A DNA stretch of 64,000 nt. Source: the human T2T-CHM13v2.0 reference genome, Homo sapiens. Location: assembly GCF_009914755.1 (NCBI RefSeq), contig NC_060932.1, one strand, 5' to 3'. A program made the position numbers and the translations under genes. This document shows positions 1 through 15,784 of this stretch, piece by piece. Numbering within the stretch: the stretch's first letter is position 1; the number at the start of each line of letters is the position of its first letter. The notes under the pieces are model-generated. The model was not told the DNA's origin, made no database searches, and was given only the letters and a program-made list of their open reading frames with translations.

Positions 1-2544
1 TCTACTACTGCTCTATTTCTTTTTAAAATCATGTAGTCAGAGTTACTTCTGGCTGGACTGACCACTAAGTGAGACAAATGTTAAAGAGATCCCTCTGTGA
101 AAAGGCTACTTGTTCCCTGGAAACTTCGAGAAGTCCTTTATTAAGTATGTAAACTTTAGTTTATCTCAGTTGACAGGAATTCAACGGGAATAAATGATTA
201 GTATAAAGTATGCCAAAATCCACACTGTTTACTTAGGATAGTTGCATTTCACCAAGAATTTAGAATATATCTTAACTTTTTATACTATTAATATAAAGGC
301 AAAAGGTGTAAATTCTGTGGAATTTACAAACCATCTTACCCTTTAAAAATATTTAAAAATACATTTCCAAATTATAGATACTTTTATGAAATACTCTAAT
401 TTCAATTATGTGAGACATCAGGTGCTAAAAGAAGGTGAGATGCTTGCTAGCTCTTAGAAGAAAGAAATGTTCAAATTTTATTTTATTTTATTTTGCTCCT
501 TTGAATAGCAGTGTAACTTCTAATCAGTCATGGAGTAGTTTCATTCTATTTATCAGGATAATGAAAGTCTCAAAATTTCTTCTTTCAGGGAAAAGCAGCT
601 GGAAAGAAGTAAAGAGAGCAATGTTTTCTTATTCTTTTGTGAATTTTATAGAGTTAGTAACTTGGCACAGACTCATGCTTCCAATATCTTACCCCTAAGG
701 AGCTAGTTAGTGTAAAAAAAGAGAGAAAGGAAAAAGACAAAAACCCACTTGGGCAAATGCAAGCACCAATTCCCTCTTTCAAAAACAAGAGAAGGGAAAA
801 ATAATCCATTTTTTATGGTATATTACCTACAAGTGCAGACATGACTTTGGTAATCATGCTTTTGTTGCACACAGACTGTAAAATATTTATGGAGACAATG
901 TGATTTGGGTCAAGACATTAAATAAAGTAAAAGTTGCTTTATTCAATATGTGATGAACAGTATCCATATTAAAAACCATTGGGAAAAGTGTTCAAATGAA
1001 AAAATATGCTTAAAACAAATTCATCTGTTCAATGTTCATAAATGTTTTAAGAAATGCAGACAAACAAGTCTTGAAATCCATATTTACTGTACACAGTTGA
1101 AAAACTAATAGTATTTATTCAATCCAGAGGGGGAAGTGACTCAAAATTTGGCTTTTAATGATCAACAGGAAATACTTTTCCTGAGAAATTACTAACGTGT
1201 TTGTTGTCAGCCAAGCTACAATAGGGTTATCACTCTTCTCTTGGCAAATTGCTAATGCTATTAGACTAACATTGATTTATAAAGGAAAGATTTCTTTCAG
1301 ACTACAGAAAATCTTAAGTTTTGACTCAATAATACTGTCTAGATTGAAGGAATATGTGTGTGAAGAATGCAAAGCTGAGTGTTTACTTGAGAATTCGGTA
1401 TTGCTCAATGGCAATTATATAGCAAATTAAGTAACACATTGACTCAGGGATGTTATTTAGTGCTGATTAGGGTCAAACTGTGCGGTCTTGTTCTGCCAGG
1501 TCATTCTCTAATGTGTGTGCAGGATGAAAAAAGAAAGCTTCATAATTTAAACAGAGAAGTAACATGCAGCTACCTAGTGTTACTATCTGTATGAAATCTG
1601 CCCTCTGGAACCTACATTCTGGTTTAGCCAGTAAAATTCAAGGTCAAGTTGATTGTGAAAGTTTTACTCATTCACTCACTCATTCAATGTTTTGTGAATT
1701 ACAAATTCCTTCCTTTGAGAAGGAACAGTTACCTATTCCCACCAAAGCAAACTTCACATAAATATCAATCCAAATTCAGCCTTAAGCATTATGCAAATTG
1801 GTGCATACTTTGCTTTCTTGTTTATATAAATAATGGAAGATGTGGAAAAGCCTGTATGACTTGGTTCAGGTGAATTTGGGTCAAACTCCAAGAAAAGATA
1901 ATATTGATAATAATAACTGACATTTATTTATTAGGTCTACACTACCTGCCAGGCACTGTTCTACGTGCTTCCTTTAAGTTTTCAAGTGGTTCAAATGATC
2001 TTTGGCTCCTTAGTGAATTATAAAATTTAACATAATATGTATGGCAAAAATAAACCTCAGTTTAAAAAATTCTGCTCTTTGGGGCACAAAGCTTTGAGGG
2101 TATTAGGAACTAGTCATAGGCATGATGCCTATCTGTGAGGGGGTTTCACAGAACACTAAGGTAAAAAGAGGGCTAAGAACTATATGTAAAAATAATACAG
2201 AAATAATTAAAGTCACTACTGCTTAAGTGAAATCTAAATGTTAAGTACTAGTAAGTGTCCCTTTAGTATTACATTTCCTTGGCATTCACGTAGCACACAC
2301 CAGACAATAAATTAACAACAGGTAAGCTGAGTACCAAGGAATCTGGGGTTGGAAACTGAAGGGTCAAGAAACAGAAACTTTTTATATTGTGCTTACAAAA
2401 ATATTTCTGGTCTCAATTCTTCCACTTGCCTTTGGTCTTTCCAGATCAATTGGAACAGAAAAACAAAACAAAACAAAACAGAAAAACAAAAAATAAACTC
2501 ATAGGCTTATTTCATTTTTTATTTTTGACAATTTTTTTCTAATC

Positions 2545-2877
2545 TAGTGGTTGGCAGAATTATGGTTCATGGGCTGAATCCAGCCTGACACCTGCTTTTG
2601 TACAGCCTGTGAGCTAGTTGTGGTTTTTAAATTTTTAAATGGTTGGAAAAAATTTAAAAAGATAATATTTCATGATGTGTGAAATTTATATAAAATTCAA
2701 ATTTCAGTGTGCATAAATGACATTTTATAGGAACACAGACATGTTTATTCATTTGTGTATTGCCAATAGCTAATTTTACACTGCAACAGAATTTTATAGT
2801 TAAAACAGATAATGTCTAGCCTGCAGAGTCTAAACTATTTACTATCTGACTTTTTAAGAAAAAGTTTACTGGCTCGT
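2545..2877. mobile_element. hAT-Charlie DNA transposon, MER58B-like
   Basis: Matches the recalled MER58 layout: 'gtggttggcagaattatgg...ggaacacagac...aaactatttactatctgac...aaaagtttactgg', including the longer B-type middle segment 'aaatggttggaaaaaa...aaattcaaatttcagtgt'. Confidence 0.75.
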
Positions 2878-2944
2878 ATTCTAACCCAATAACGTGATAG
2901 GTTCATTACTAAGTCCAACTAGTTGTTTGAGACCCATCCTCAGT

Positions 2945-3396
2945 GTGATACATCAGATTTCCAAGAAATCTGAAGAGTCTGAGATTTTACCCTACTTGTA
3001 AGTCAACAACTTTGTCTGATAAATTTTATGAAGGCTGGTAGAAAACACACAATTCCAGAACCAGGGACAAAGGGCTGTTTATTACTCACAGCATTAGTGG
3101 TATCCAGAGTGTCAGCATTTCCGAGCTAAGTTTTCTAGGCCTTAGAGGGTCAGATAATCTCTGCATACACAATGGGTTGCATTTCAGGAAAGAAACTGAG
3201 TTTAAGGAACCTTTAAGTTTATAATTGGCAGTAAGCATACCTGTGTTTTGCTCTAGAGGAAGATACTATCTCTATTTTCTAAGGCTGCTCACACTATAAC
3301 TCTCACTGAAAACAAAGCAACAAAGGGAAGTAGAAGTAGAAGGAAAGTAGAAGACATGGAGAAACACAGGAGATTTACTCTGAATCATTTTCCAAC
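2945..3396 (-). mobile_element. Old ERV(L)-class solo LTR, subfamily uncertain
   Basis: 'tctgagattttaccctacttgtaag...caaagggctgtttattactcacagc' resembles an LTR read in reverse, with AATAAA on the minus strand. Confidence 0.45.
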
Positions 3397-3742
3397 AATG
3401 ATTTTTTTGTTACTTTATTGATAAACCTACATGGTAAGACCAAATAAATATTGCAAAACTGTTCAGAAAAATAGCTAAAAAATCAGAATTATACTTGACA
3501 AATTTCAATAATACAATTTTTAAAAATTTTTTCTATGAATGTTTCAAAGTTATTTAGATAGGTAAGCAAAGTGGGAAGTGGATGTTTTTACCTATGTAAT
3601 TTGGGGATACAGTCAGGCCTGCAGAGCTCAAAATCAAATGCCTCACTCTTTCCAATAGGTAGTGAGTTTTACTGTTTACATGATAGTGGAATTGTCTCCA
3701 CTCTCTTTGGTTTGATTTTCAGAGTGAAATTTTATTATTTGA

Positions 3743-4023
<281 letters not shown>

Positions 4024-6079
4024 GAAATTTTATTATTTGATAGAATGTAGTAGTCTTTCGAAAAATGCAGATGATTATTGTGTCTCCCTGTGGCTATCAA
4101 AATTCTCATGGTTATGTTTCATTCCCTTATCTCCAAAGTAGAAATTCATGGTTGGCTCATTCTACACCAGCTGTCTGTGAGAAGACTCAGCTACAACCAC
4201 AGACTGGAGCCCATGAGTAGCGAACTCAGGCTTGCAAGGAGGCTGCACCAGAATCATAAGCTTACAGGAGAAACATTTGAAAAGGTACAAATGCATTCCG
4301 TCACACACACATGCTGACTTCTACCAGTTTCTGTTTTAGAAGGTAAACAATCTTGAACCAAGAGGGGTAGAGGGTATTAAGGGTTTGGCAAATAAAATAC
4401 CTCTGGAGATCCAAGGGAAATAATTAGTATTGTAATTATTATAAGGGAATAATAATTATTGCTAAACAAGTGAGTGTTCTCTACTTTTTTAGTAGAGAGC
4501 AGTCTTTCTTAGTTTGGCCATTTGGCCAATGTATTTTGTGCTTTCTTCCATTGGGCCGTCCGATGACTCTACCTTGGAATTTGCTTTTCTGGAAATAAAA
4601 GAAAAGGATATGACTCAAAACTATTTGAAAATAAATATATGTGTGTATATATACATATGCATATATACGTATGCATTTCCTTTTTTGGCCAGCATTTCCT
4701 TTGTAGTTAACTGCTGCTAAAAGTAAATAAAATGATTTATTAAACCAGGTTAGTCTCAATCACAAATAATGATACCAAACTGTCCTTTTAAAATGGTTGT
4801 TTTACTTCATTTTTCCTGTTATCTTTTCCTTTTAATAAAATTAAATGTTAAGAACTGAAAATGCCTGGAGGCCAAAATTGGTGATGCAAATACATTTTTG
4901 TCTTATCACTCTGGAGGGAAAGCAAGTTTTGAAATGCTTTAAATCACAAAGCATTTTAAGATACAACAAATTAAATTTTTGGATCACTTTGGTGACTGTT
5001 CTGAAAGGAGTTTTATATCATCAGTGTCAAGAAATGTGGTGGTAGCAATGGTGTCTGATCACCTCGTTGGAACACTGGCAGGTTGGGGAGAAGTGAGATG
5101 TCTAAGACCCCATAGAATCTAACGGGGTAGTTTTTGAAATCTTGAAGTTGTAGAATGTCATTTGTCAAATAAACATACATATCATCTTTTGTCATAGTGA
5201 GAATTTGTGGTAGCATTTTCCAGTTAAATGTTCACATTCTCCAACTCCTAGCAATCCTGCGCCTGTCTGACTGGTAGATAGTGGAAGTTGGGTGACTATA
5301 GCTTCACGTAGTTCACCTTCCAAAAGATAGAGGCTATTCTACCTGGGGCTTGCTGTCAGTATTTATAATTCCTTTTTCACTCATATTTTATTGTAAAGGA
5401 TGTCATCTGGAAGTGGTGACTTGGAGAGAGTCTCAGCAACTTTACTAATTTAGAGTTGTTTTGTTTTGTTTTGATATTCATTCGGTTTGGCTTTTAAGTA
5501 GTGCACATTATTTCTACCCGGAGAATACTAAACTAGCAGATTGTAATGTATGAGAGGTTAACCAATCCAAATGAATTCCATTATAGTCTTAAAAAATCAT
5601 ACCATTAATTGCAGATTAAAAATGACCTATAGTTTTAGTTTTCAACTTTGCTTTGAGAACTGTAAGACAAACAATGATTGAAAAATATTTAGAGCCTACA
5701 GAGAGATAGAGAGCATTTTGTTATTAAAACATGTGTTGGTGGATTTCCCTTCCATTCCTAGCTAACTTCAAGAGAAATCAGCCTCCTCTCCAAAAAGCAA
5801 CTAGAACTGTTATCTTCTAAAACTATCTTTAGTTGCTAGCAACTAAAACTGGCTGAATACTCCAGTGTCAGAGGCTTGACATGGAGATGTTTGAGAATGG
5901 AGACAAGAAAAAGAAATGAAATAGTCAACAGGTACATTAAAGAATTATGCTCCTTATAAATCTTTGGCCTCTTCTGATTTCATATTGCTGGTTTTACTAT
6001 TAAACACTGTTGATATGAATTTCAAAACATTGTGTTTTAACTATTTATCCCTACTGAGTGGTTAGTTTCTGGAACAAAA

Positions 6080-7010
6080 AGATTAATCAGGAAATGACCC
6101 TTGCCATTGATGGACAGGCTTATAGTCTACTTGAGTAGACAAATACACAAATGAATAATTACAATATAAGTTGTGTTTTTTAGCTGATGAATTCTCCTTC
6201 CTATTTTTTAAAAATATTATAGAGGCGCTTTAGCAGGTATTCAAAAATACTTGTTGAGGTACTCTTTAGGAACACTATAAAAAAATTGTCCAAGTTGGTA
6301 CAGGACAGGAGAGTGCAGTCCAAGCAGGTTTCATAGAGTTGAGCCGAGTCTTGAAGGCTGACTACAAGCTGGCAAGTAGATAAAGAGTAAAATGGAGTGT
6401 GTGGGAGAACATTGTAGGCAGAGGGAAAAGCACAGAAAAGACATCAAACTAGGAAATAGTGGGGCATATTCATCCAAGGAGTTCAGTACTGTTAGAGCAA
6501 ACAGTCTGTGTATGCGAGAGAAAGAAAGCTTGAAAACTAGTAGTCAGGAACAATAGTTTGGATAGCTTAGTATACCATCTATATTTTTAGACTTAATCTT
6601 GAATGAAAAAAGAAAACTATTGAAGCATTTTAGGTGGGGAAGGGATATGATCAGCTTTAGGTTTTAGGAAGCTTAATCGTACTGTTGTTTTGTGAAGGAC
6701 AGATTGGAAGGGTGGCATTCTGAAGAACTTGAAACTACCTGGGATAGATTTGTAATAACTATGGCATGAATCAGGGTACACCAGTGTGTAAAGTGGAGTT
6801 TGGAGGTCATAGGAAGGAAGGTATTTAGGAGCTAGAATAAAAGGATTCTGTAATTGATTAGAGGTGGATGTGATAAAGAGAAACTAACATGAGTCCTAGG
6901 ATAACTAATTGGACAGCAGTGCCATTAACAAAGGTGGAGAACATCAGAGGATGATGAGATATGGGGGTAAAATTATATTTTGTCTGTGGAGCATGGAAGT
7001 GCAGATGTCC
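6080..7010 (-). mobile_element. Degraded L2 LINE fragment(s)
   Basis: Purine-rich L2-like phrases ('ggcttatagtcta', 'attgtaggcagagggaaaagca', 'attgaagcattttagg...tgatcag'). Boundaries approximate. Confidence 0.55.
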
Positions 7011-7039
7011 AGGCTAAAACAAAATTAGAATAGAGGTAG

Positions 7040-7390
7040 TGTCAGTCAGTCTAGGCTATGCATCAGTGACAAACGTCCCCAAATATCAGTGACTTAAAAA
7101 CAATAGCTTTATTTCCTGCTCATGTTATATATACATTTAGTCCTCACTCGCAGACATCAGATGAAGGGGGCTTCAATGACTGGAGTGTTGCTGGTCTTTG
7201 AGGGGGACAGAAGTTGGTAAAATTGCACACTATCTTTTAGACACTTCTGCCTGGAAGTCACACATGTCTTTCTGGCTAATGTTTTACTGGCCAAACCAAG
7301 TTATATGGCCAGGTGCAACTTCAGAGAATTGGTGGAACACAATCTCATCATATCTACCAGAGCACAGGCAGTCAGTGACTAGAATTGGGA
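7040..7390. mobile_element. MLT1-type MaLR LTR (old)
   Basis: 'ctaggctatgcatcagtgacaaac...cccaaatatcagtgacttaaaaacaatagctttatttcctgctca' and 'ttttactggccaaaccaagttatatggcc' are typical of MLT1J/K/L. Confidence 0.6.
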
Positions 7391-8479
7391 GCCGTCATTA
7401 ATAATAAGTGATGTCTGAGGATATTACAATAGATAAAATCAGCTTATCAGAATTATATACAACATGAAAATAAACAAAGGCCAAGAACAGAATCCTGGGG
7501 TAAACTAACATTTATGTACAAAAAGAGTCCTAAATAAAGGTGAAGAAGAGACTTTAGAGACTTGGGTGAAGAATTAACCACAAAAACTTTAGTAAAACCA
7601 TCAACTAGAATTTAGAAAGCAATTTCATGTACAATATTATTTTAAAATCCTCATTAAGTAGTTTGAAGCTATAAGAGGTTAAGTAATTAAGTTTTGTTCT
7701 GTGGAACTGAACTTATTATGCATTCCAATATTATCCAAGTGACTTGTTCTTTAGGAAACTGTGGGAAGTGGGTAATCATTGGCAGGACTGTTCACCTTTT
7801 TCCCCCCTACAAAATACAAAGAGGAGACATAAGAGAGGTAGAATGCATAGTACAACTTGGTTCTTGAAAGTAAGAATTTTCAGTCTATAGAGAAATACAC
7901 ACAAAAAAGAGTGGATTCTGCCACCTTGTTCCTCATGCATCATCTGCTGGGCTGCTCAGTGCAGCTAGTGCAGGAGGAGGACAGACTCTTGGATGTCACT
8001 CCACTGGCCTATGGATAGGCATTTACAATGGTAGTATCCTTTCAGTACTATTTCCTTACGACAACCTCCCAGGGTGGAATTGCAGGGTCAAAGAATTGAA
8101 CATTTTTAATATATTTGGTATATAAGTCCATAAAGCCTCTAGAACGCTTATATTCATTTATGCTTGTGTCTTAAATTGTTATAACACTAGTTTCAATTTT
8201 TTTCAAAGTATAATTAAGGGTATATCATGCTTTAACTTTAGATTTCTAATGAATTAGTGCATTTGTTTATATATTTTTAGTCGTATTTTTTATTCCGTGA
8301 ATGAAATTATACATGTTCGTTTCTAATTTTGGGGGGCTTTCATCTTTTTTCTTATTAATTTTTAAAAGTTTTGATAAATATGTAGCATACATAGCAAATG
8401 TACATATAGAAACTGCCTATATGTCCAAAATAGGGAATCTTTTTGATGAATTATGGTATAAACTTTCATACATTAAATC

Positions 8480-9080
8480 CAAATCTGTTGAGTCTACAGG
8501 TTTCAGATATTGAGATAGAATTGGCAGTATTATGATGGACAAAACCAACATGGCTCTCTTCTTCTTGATTTTGTGACCAAGAAGGGCATATAGCAAGAAA
8601 TGAGTAAACAATCAAATGGATGAAGTGATTATTACTGTGACATGTGCTAACAGAGAAATAATAAAGTATCTGAAGATGAGAATAACTGGAGGTATGGAGA
8701 ACTCTTCTTTAGATACTGTTGTCAAAGTTTCTTTTTTTTTGGTAGGAGTAGATATTTAGAATCAGGGATGTAGGATGAGCAGTAGCATACAGAGAATGTT
8801 CAAGGCTGAGAGAAGACCCTATACAAAGGCTCTGAAGAGGGGAAGAGCTGTCTTAAAAAGGTCAGCATGACGGGAGTTTGGTACATTATGGAGAAGAGCC
8901 AAGAAATGAGGTGTAACAGGTGGCAGGAGCAGTGTCATCAGAGTGTATGCTGAATTTGAATCTTATTCAAATTAAACAATGAGGAGGCCCTTGAAGTGTT
9001 TTAAGTAGGGAAATAACATGATATAATTTACATTTTAAGAAGACTTGATATGTATAGAACAACAGGGGGTCAAGAGTGAA
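8480..9080 (-). mobile_element. Degraded L2 fragment
   Basis: 'ggacaaaaccaacatggctct...', 'aggcccttgaagtgttttaagtagggaaataacatgatataatttacattttaagaag'. Confidence 0.55.
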
Positions 9081-9129
9081 TTTAGCATGCATTTATGTGT
9101 GTGTGTGTTGTCTATCTGTTATGAAATGT

Positions 9130-9590
9130 TGTATTAGTTAATTATTGCTACATAACAGGCAACTTCAAAACCTAGATGCTTGAAATAACAACAACCTCTC
9201 AAACTCTACACATAGATCTGCTGGGGAATTCTGTTGACTTGGTCTTAATTTTGTTATTCTTCTGGTCTTGGTTGGGCTCATTTCCGCATATGGTGGGCTT
9301 TTGGCTATTGGCTGAGTTGAAGGGTGTCTGGCCATGTACTATCGTCATCCAGGAAGCTAGCTCAGGCACATTCTCATGAATGTGTCAGAGGTCCAGGAGG
9401 GAGAAAGAAAAAATGTGCTTTTTCAGGCACCTCTCTGCTGGCTGCAAATTTCCTACAGTGCCACTGGCCTATGCAAGTCACATGACCAAGCTCAGAATCA
9501 GTGTGTCAGGGCATTAACAAAGTCGACCAAAGAGTATGACTATAGGAAGGTATGAACAATTTGGGCTATGTATTCAATCAATTAAACACA
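9130..9590. mobile_element. MLT1-type MaLR LTR (old)
   Basis: 'tgtattagttaattattgctacataaca...' start and 'ccactggcctatgcaagtcacatgaccaagctcagaatcagtgtg'. Confidence 0.55.
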
Positions 9591-10500
9591 AATGTCTATA
9601 AGTAAAAAGGTACTCAATACTAAGTGAAAACAACTGTATATAATGCAACATGCATCATGTAATAGCATTTTAAAAGAAAAAACTACTGGAAGGATACAAA
9701 TCAACATGTTCACTGTGATTATCTTTGGGTAGAGGGATGTAAGGTGGTTTATATTCTTTGTGTTTATTTTTCTGTGTTTGATTTTTTTGTATTGAGTTTG
9801 TACTAATTTTATAATAAAATGCTATTTCAAAAATCTAAAAAATATTTCTTTTGTCATGAAGAGTAGATATTAGGGAATAAAGAAGAAGAAAAGAAAGGAA
9901 TTGAGTTCATTTCTCACAATAGTTTCATAGGTCAGTCTGTATTGTGATCACAGCCCAGCTTCCTTATCTGTCAAACAAAGCTACCTGAGAATAGGTACTG
10001 CTTTGGTATGTCAGCTTCTTTTTTCTTCCAGCTATACCTAGAATCTGTTCAACCAGTACCTTCCCTGTGGAGCAAAAGAAGCCTCCAACCTGCATGCTAT
10101 CTTTTTCCTTTTACCTACCTCTGGCAGAATTATCTGGTTCTCAAATCTTGGTACTTTCAGATTTGAGTGTAATGAAGTTACTCTTGGATGTATATACCAT
10201 GGATGATATTAACACACAATTTTCCTCTGTGTGTGAATCAATTTGTTCATCATCTAGTCTCAAACTTTCCTGCGTCTCACCCATTAGTGTCTGGAAGTGA
10301 GTAGGGTTCATGGAAGGGTCAGTAGAAAATGTGCAGGTTAGTTACATATGTATACATGTGCCATGCTGGTGTGGTGCACTCATTAACTCGTCATTTAGCA
10401 TTAGGTATATCTCCTAATGCTATCCCTCCCTCCTCCCCCCACCCCACATCAGGCCCCAGAGTGTGATGTTCCCCTTCCTGGGTCCATGTGTTCTCATTGT

Positions 10501-13581
<3,081 letters not shown>

Positions 13582-13644
13582 TATGATGTTAGGTGGTTAT
13601 TTTCCTCGTTAGTTGATGCAGTTTCTTCCTAGCCTCGATGGTCT

Positions 13645-14661
13645 TTACAATTTGGCATGATTTTGCAGTGGCTGGTACCGGTTGTTCCTTTTCATGTTTA
13701 GTGCTTCCTTCAGGAGCTCTTGTAGGGCAGGCCTGGTGGTGACAAAATCTCTCAGCATTTGCTTGCCTGTAAAGTATTTTATTTCTCCTTCACCTATGAA
13801 GCTTAGTTTGGCTGGATATGAAATTCTAGGTTGAAAATTCTTTTCTTTAAGAATGTTGAATATTGGCCCCCACTCTCCTCTGGCTTGTAGAGTTTCTTTC
13901 TAGAGATCCGCTGTTAGTCTGATGGGCTTCCCTTTGTGGGTAACCTGACCTTTCTCTCTGGCTGCCCTTAACATTTTTTCCTTCATTTCAACTTTGGTGA
14001 ATCTGACAATTATGTGTCTTGGAGTTGCTCTTCTCGAGGAGTATCTTTGTGGTGTTCTCTGTATTTCCTGAATCTGAATGTTGGCCTGCCTTGCTAGATT
14101 GGGGAAGTTCTCCTGGATAATATCCTGCAGAGTGTTTTCCAACTTGGTTCCATTCTCCCCGTCACTTTCAGGTACACCAATCAGATGTAGATTTGGTCTT
14201 TTCACATAGTCCCATATTTCTTGGAGGCTTTGTTCGTTTCTTTTTATTCTTTTTTCTCTAAACTTCCCTTCTCGCTTCATTTCATTCATTTCATCTTCCA
14301 TTGCTGATACCCTTTCTTCCAGTTGATCGCATCGGCTCCTGAGGCTTCTGCATTCCTCATGCAGTTCTCGAGCCTTGGCTTTCAGCTCCATCACCTCCTT
14401 TAAGCACTTCTCTGTATTGGTTATTCTAGCTATACGTTCGTCTAAATTTTTTTCAAAGTTTTCAACTTCTTTGCCTTTGGTTTGAATTTCCTCCCGTAGC
14501 TTGGAGTAGTTTGATCATCTGAAGCCTTCTTCTCTCAACTCGTCAAAGTCATTCTCTGTCCAGCTTTGTTCCATTGCTGGTGAGGAGCTGCTTTCCTTTG
14601 GAGGAGGAGAGGCGCTCTGCTTTTTAGAGTTTCCAGTTTTTCTGCTCTGCTTTTTCCCCAT
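13645..14661 (-). pseudogene. L1 ORF1p, full 338-codon span with in-frame nonsense codons
   Basis: ATG at 14661 and ...HAKL-TAA at 13645. Internal stops near 14515 (CGA>TGA) and at 13900. Peptide 'NEQSLQEIWDYVKRPNL...TPRHIIVRFTKVEMKEKMLRAAREKG'. Confidence 0.93.
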
Positions 14662-15244
14662 CTTTGTGGTTTTATCTACTTTTGATCTTTGATGATGGTG
14701 ATGTACAGATGGGTTTTTGGTGTGGATGTCCTTTCTGTTTGTTAGTTTTCCTTCTAACAGACAGGACCCTCAGCTGCAGGTCTGTTGGAGTTTGCTAGAG
14801 GTCCACTCCAGATGCTGTTTGCCTGGGTACCAGCAGCGGTGGCTGCAGAACAGCAGATTTTTTTGAACCGCGAATGCTGCGGTCTGATCGTTCCTCTGGA
14901 AGTTTTGTCTCAGAGGAGTACCCAGCCGTGTGAGGTGTCAGTCTGCCCCTACTGGGGGGTGCCTCCCAGTTAGGCTACTCAGGGCTCAGGGGTCAGGGAC
15001 CCAGTTGAGGAGGCAGTCTGCCCATTCTTAGATCTCCAGCTGCGTGCTGGGAGAACCACTGTTCTCTTCAAAGTTGTCAGACAGGGACATTTAAGTCTGC
15101 AGAGGTTACTGCTGTCTTTTTGTTTGTCTGTGCCCTGCCCCCAGAGGTGGAGCCTACAGAGGCAGGCAGGCCTCCTTGAGCTGTGGTGGGCTCCACCCAG
15201 TTCCAGCTTCTCACCTGCTTTGTTTACCTAAGCGAGCCTGGGCA

Positions 15245-15784
15245 ATGGCGGGCACCCCTCCCCCAGCCTCGCTGCCACCTTGCAGTTTGATCTCAGAGTG
15301 CTGTGCTAGCAATCAGCAAGACTCCATGGGCGTAGGACCCTCCGAGCCATGTTCGGGATATAATCTCCTGGTGAGCCATTTTTTAAGCCTATCGGAAAAG
15401 CGCAGTATTAGCGTGGGAGTGACCCGATTTTCCAGGTGCCATCTGTCACCCCTTTCTTTGACTAGGAAAGGGAACTCCCTGACCCCTTGCACTTCCCGTG
15501 TGAGGCAATGCCTCGCCCTGCTTCGGCCCGTGTATGGTGTGCTGCACCCACTGTCCTGCGCCCACTGTCTGGCACTCCCTAGTGAGATGAACCCGGTACC
15601 TCAGATGGAAATGCAGAAATCACCCATCTTCTGCATCGCTCATGCTGGGAGTTGTAGACTGGAGCTGTTCCTATTCAGTCATCTTGGCTTCACTGACCGA
15701 ATAATTTCTTTTTTAAGAAATTACATATGTTATTCCTTTAATAAAGGAATAGTACCATCTACATATGGTTACTCAGAGAAATAA
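15245..15784 (+). CDS. L1 antisense ORF0, open for 179 codons and extending into unique flank (translation unproven)
   Basis: MAGTPPPASLPPCSLISECCASNQQDSMGVGPSEP matches the ORF0 N-terminus. Strong Kozak context gcaATGG. No stop until 15782-15784. Confidence 0.45.
   Translation: MAGTPPPASLPPCSLISECCASNQQDSMGVGPSEPCSGYNLLVSHFLSLSEKRSISVGVTRFSRCHLSPLSLTRKGNSLTPCTSRVRQCLALLRPVYGVLHPLSCAHCLALPSEMNPVPQMEMQKSPIFCIAHAGSCRLELFLFSHLGFTDRIISFLRNYICYSFNKGIVPSTYGYSEK

Noticed and set aside
10032-10297. Possible plus-strand exon (cttcttttttcttccAG ... GAA|GTGAGT)
   Set aside because: No recognisable protein and no partner exons; such motifs are frequent by chance.
10317-10323. 7-bp inverted match (ggtcagt at 10317 and actgacc at 15692) at the two L1 termini
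   Set aside because: Too short to distinguish from chance, and there is no other sign of an inversion.
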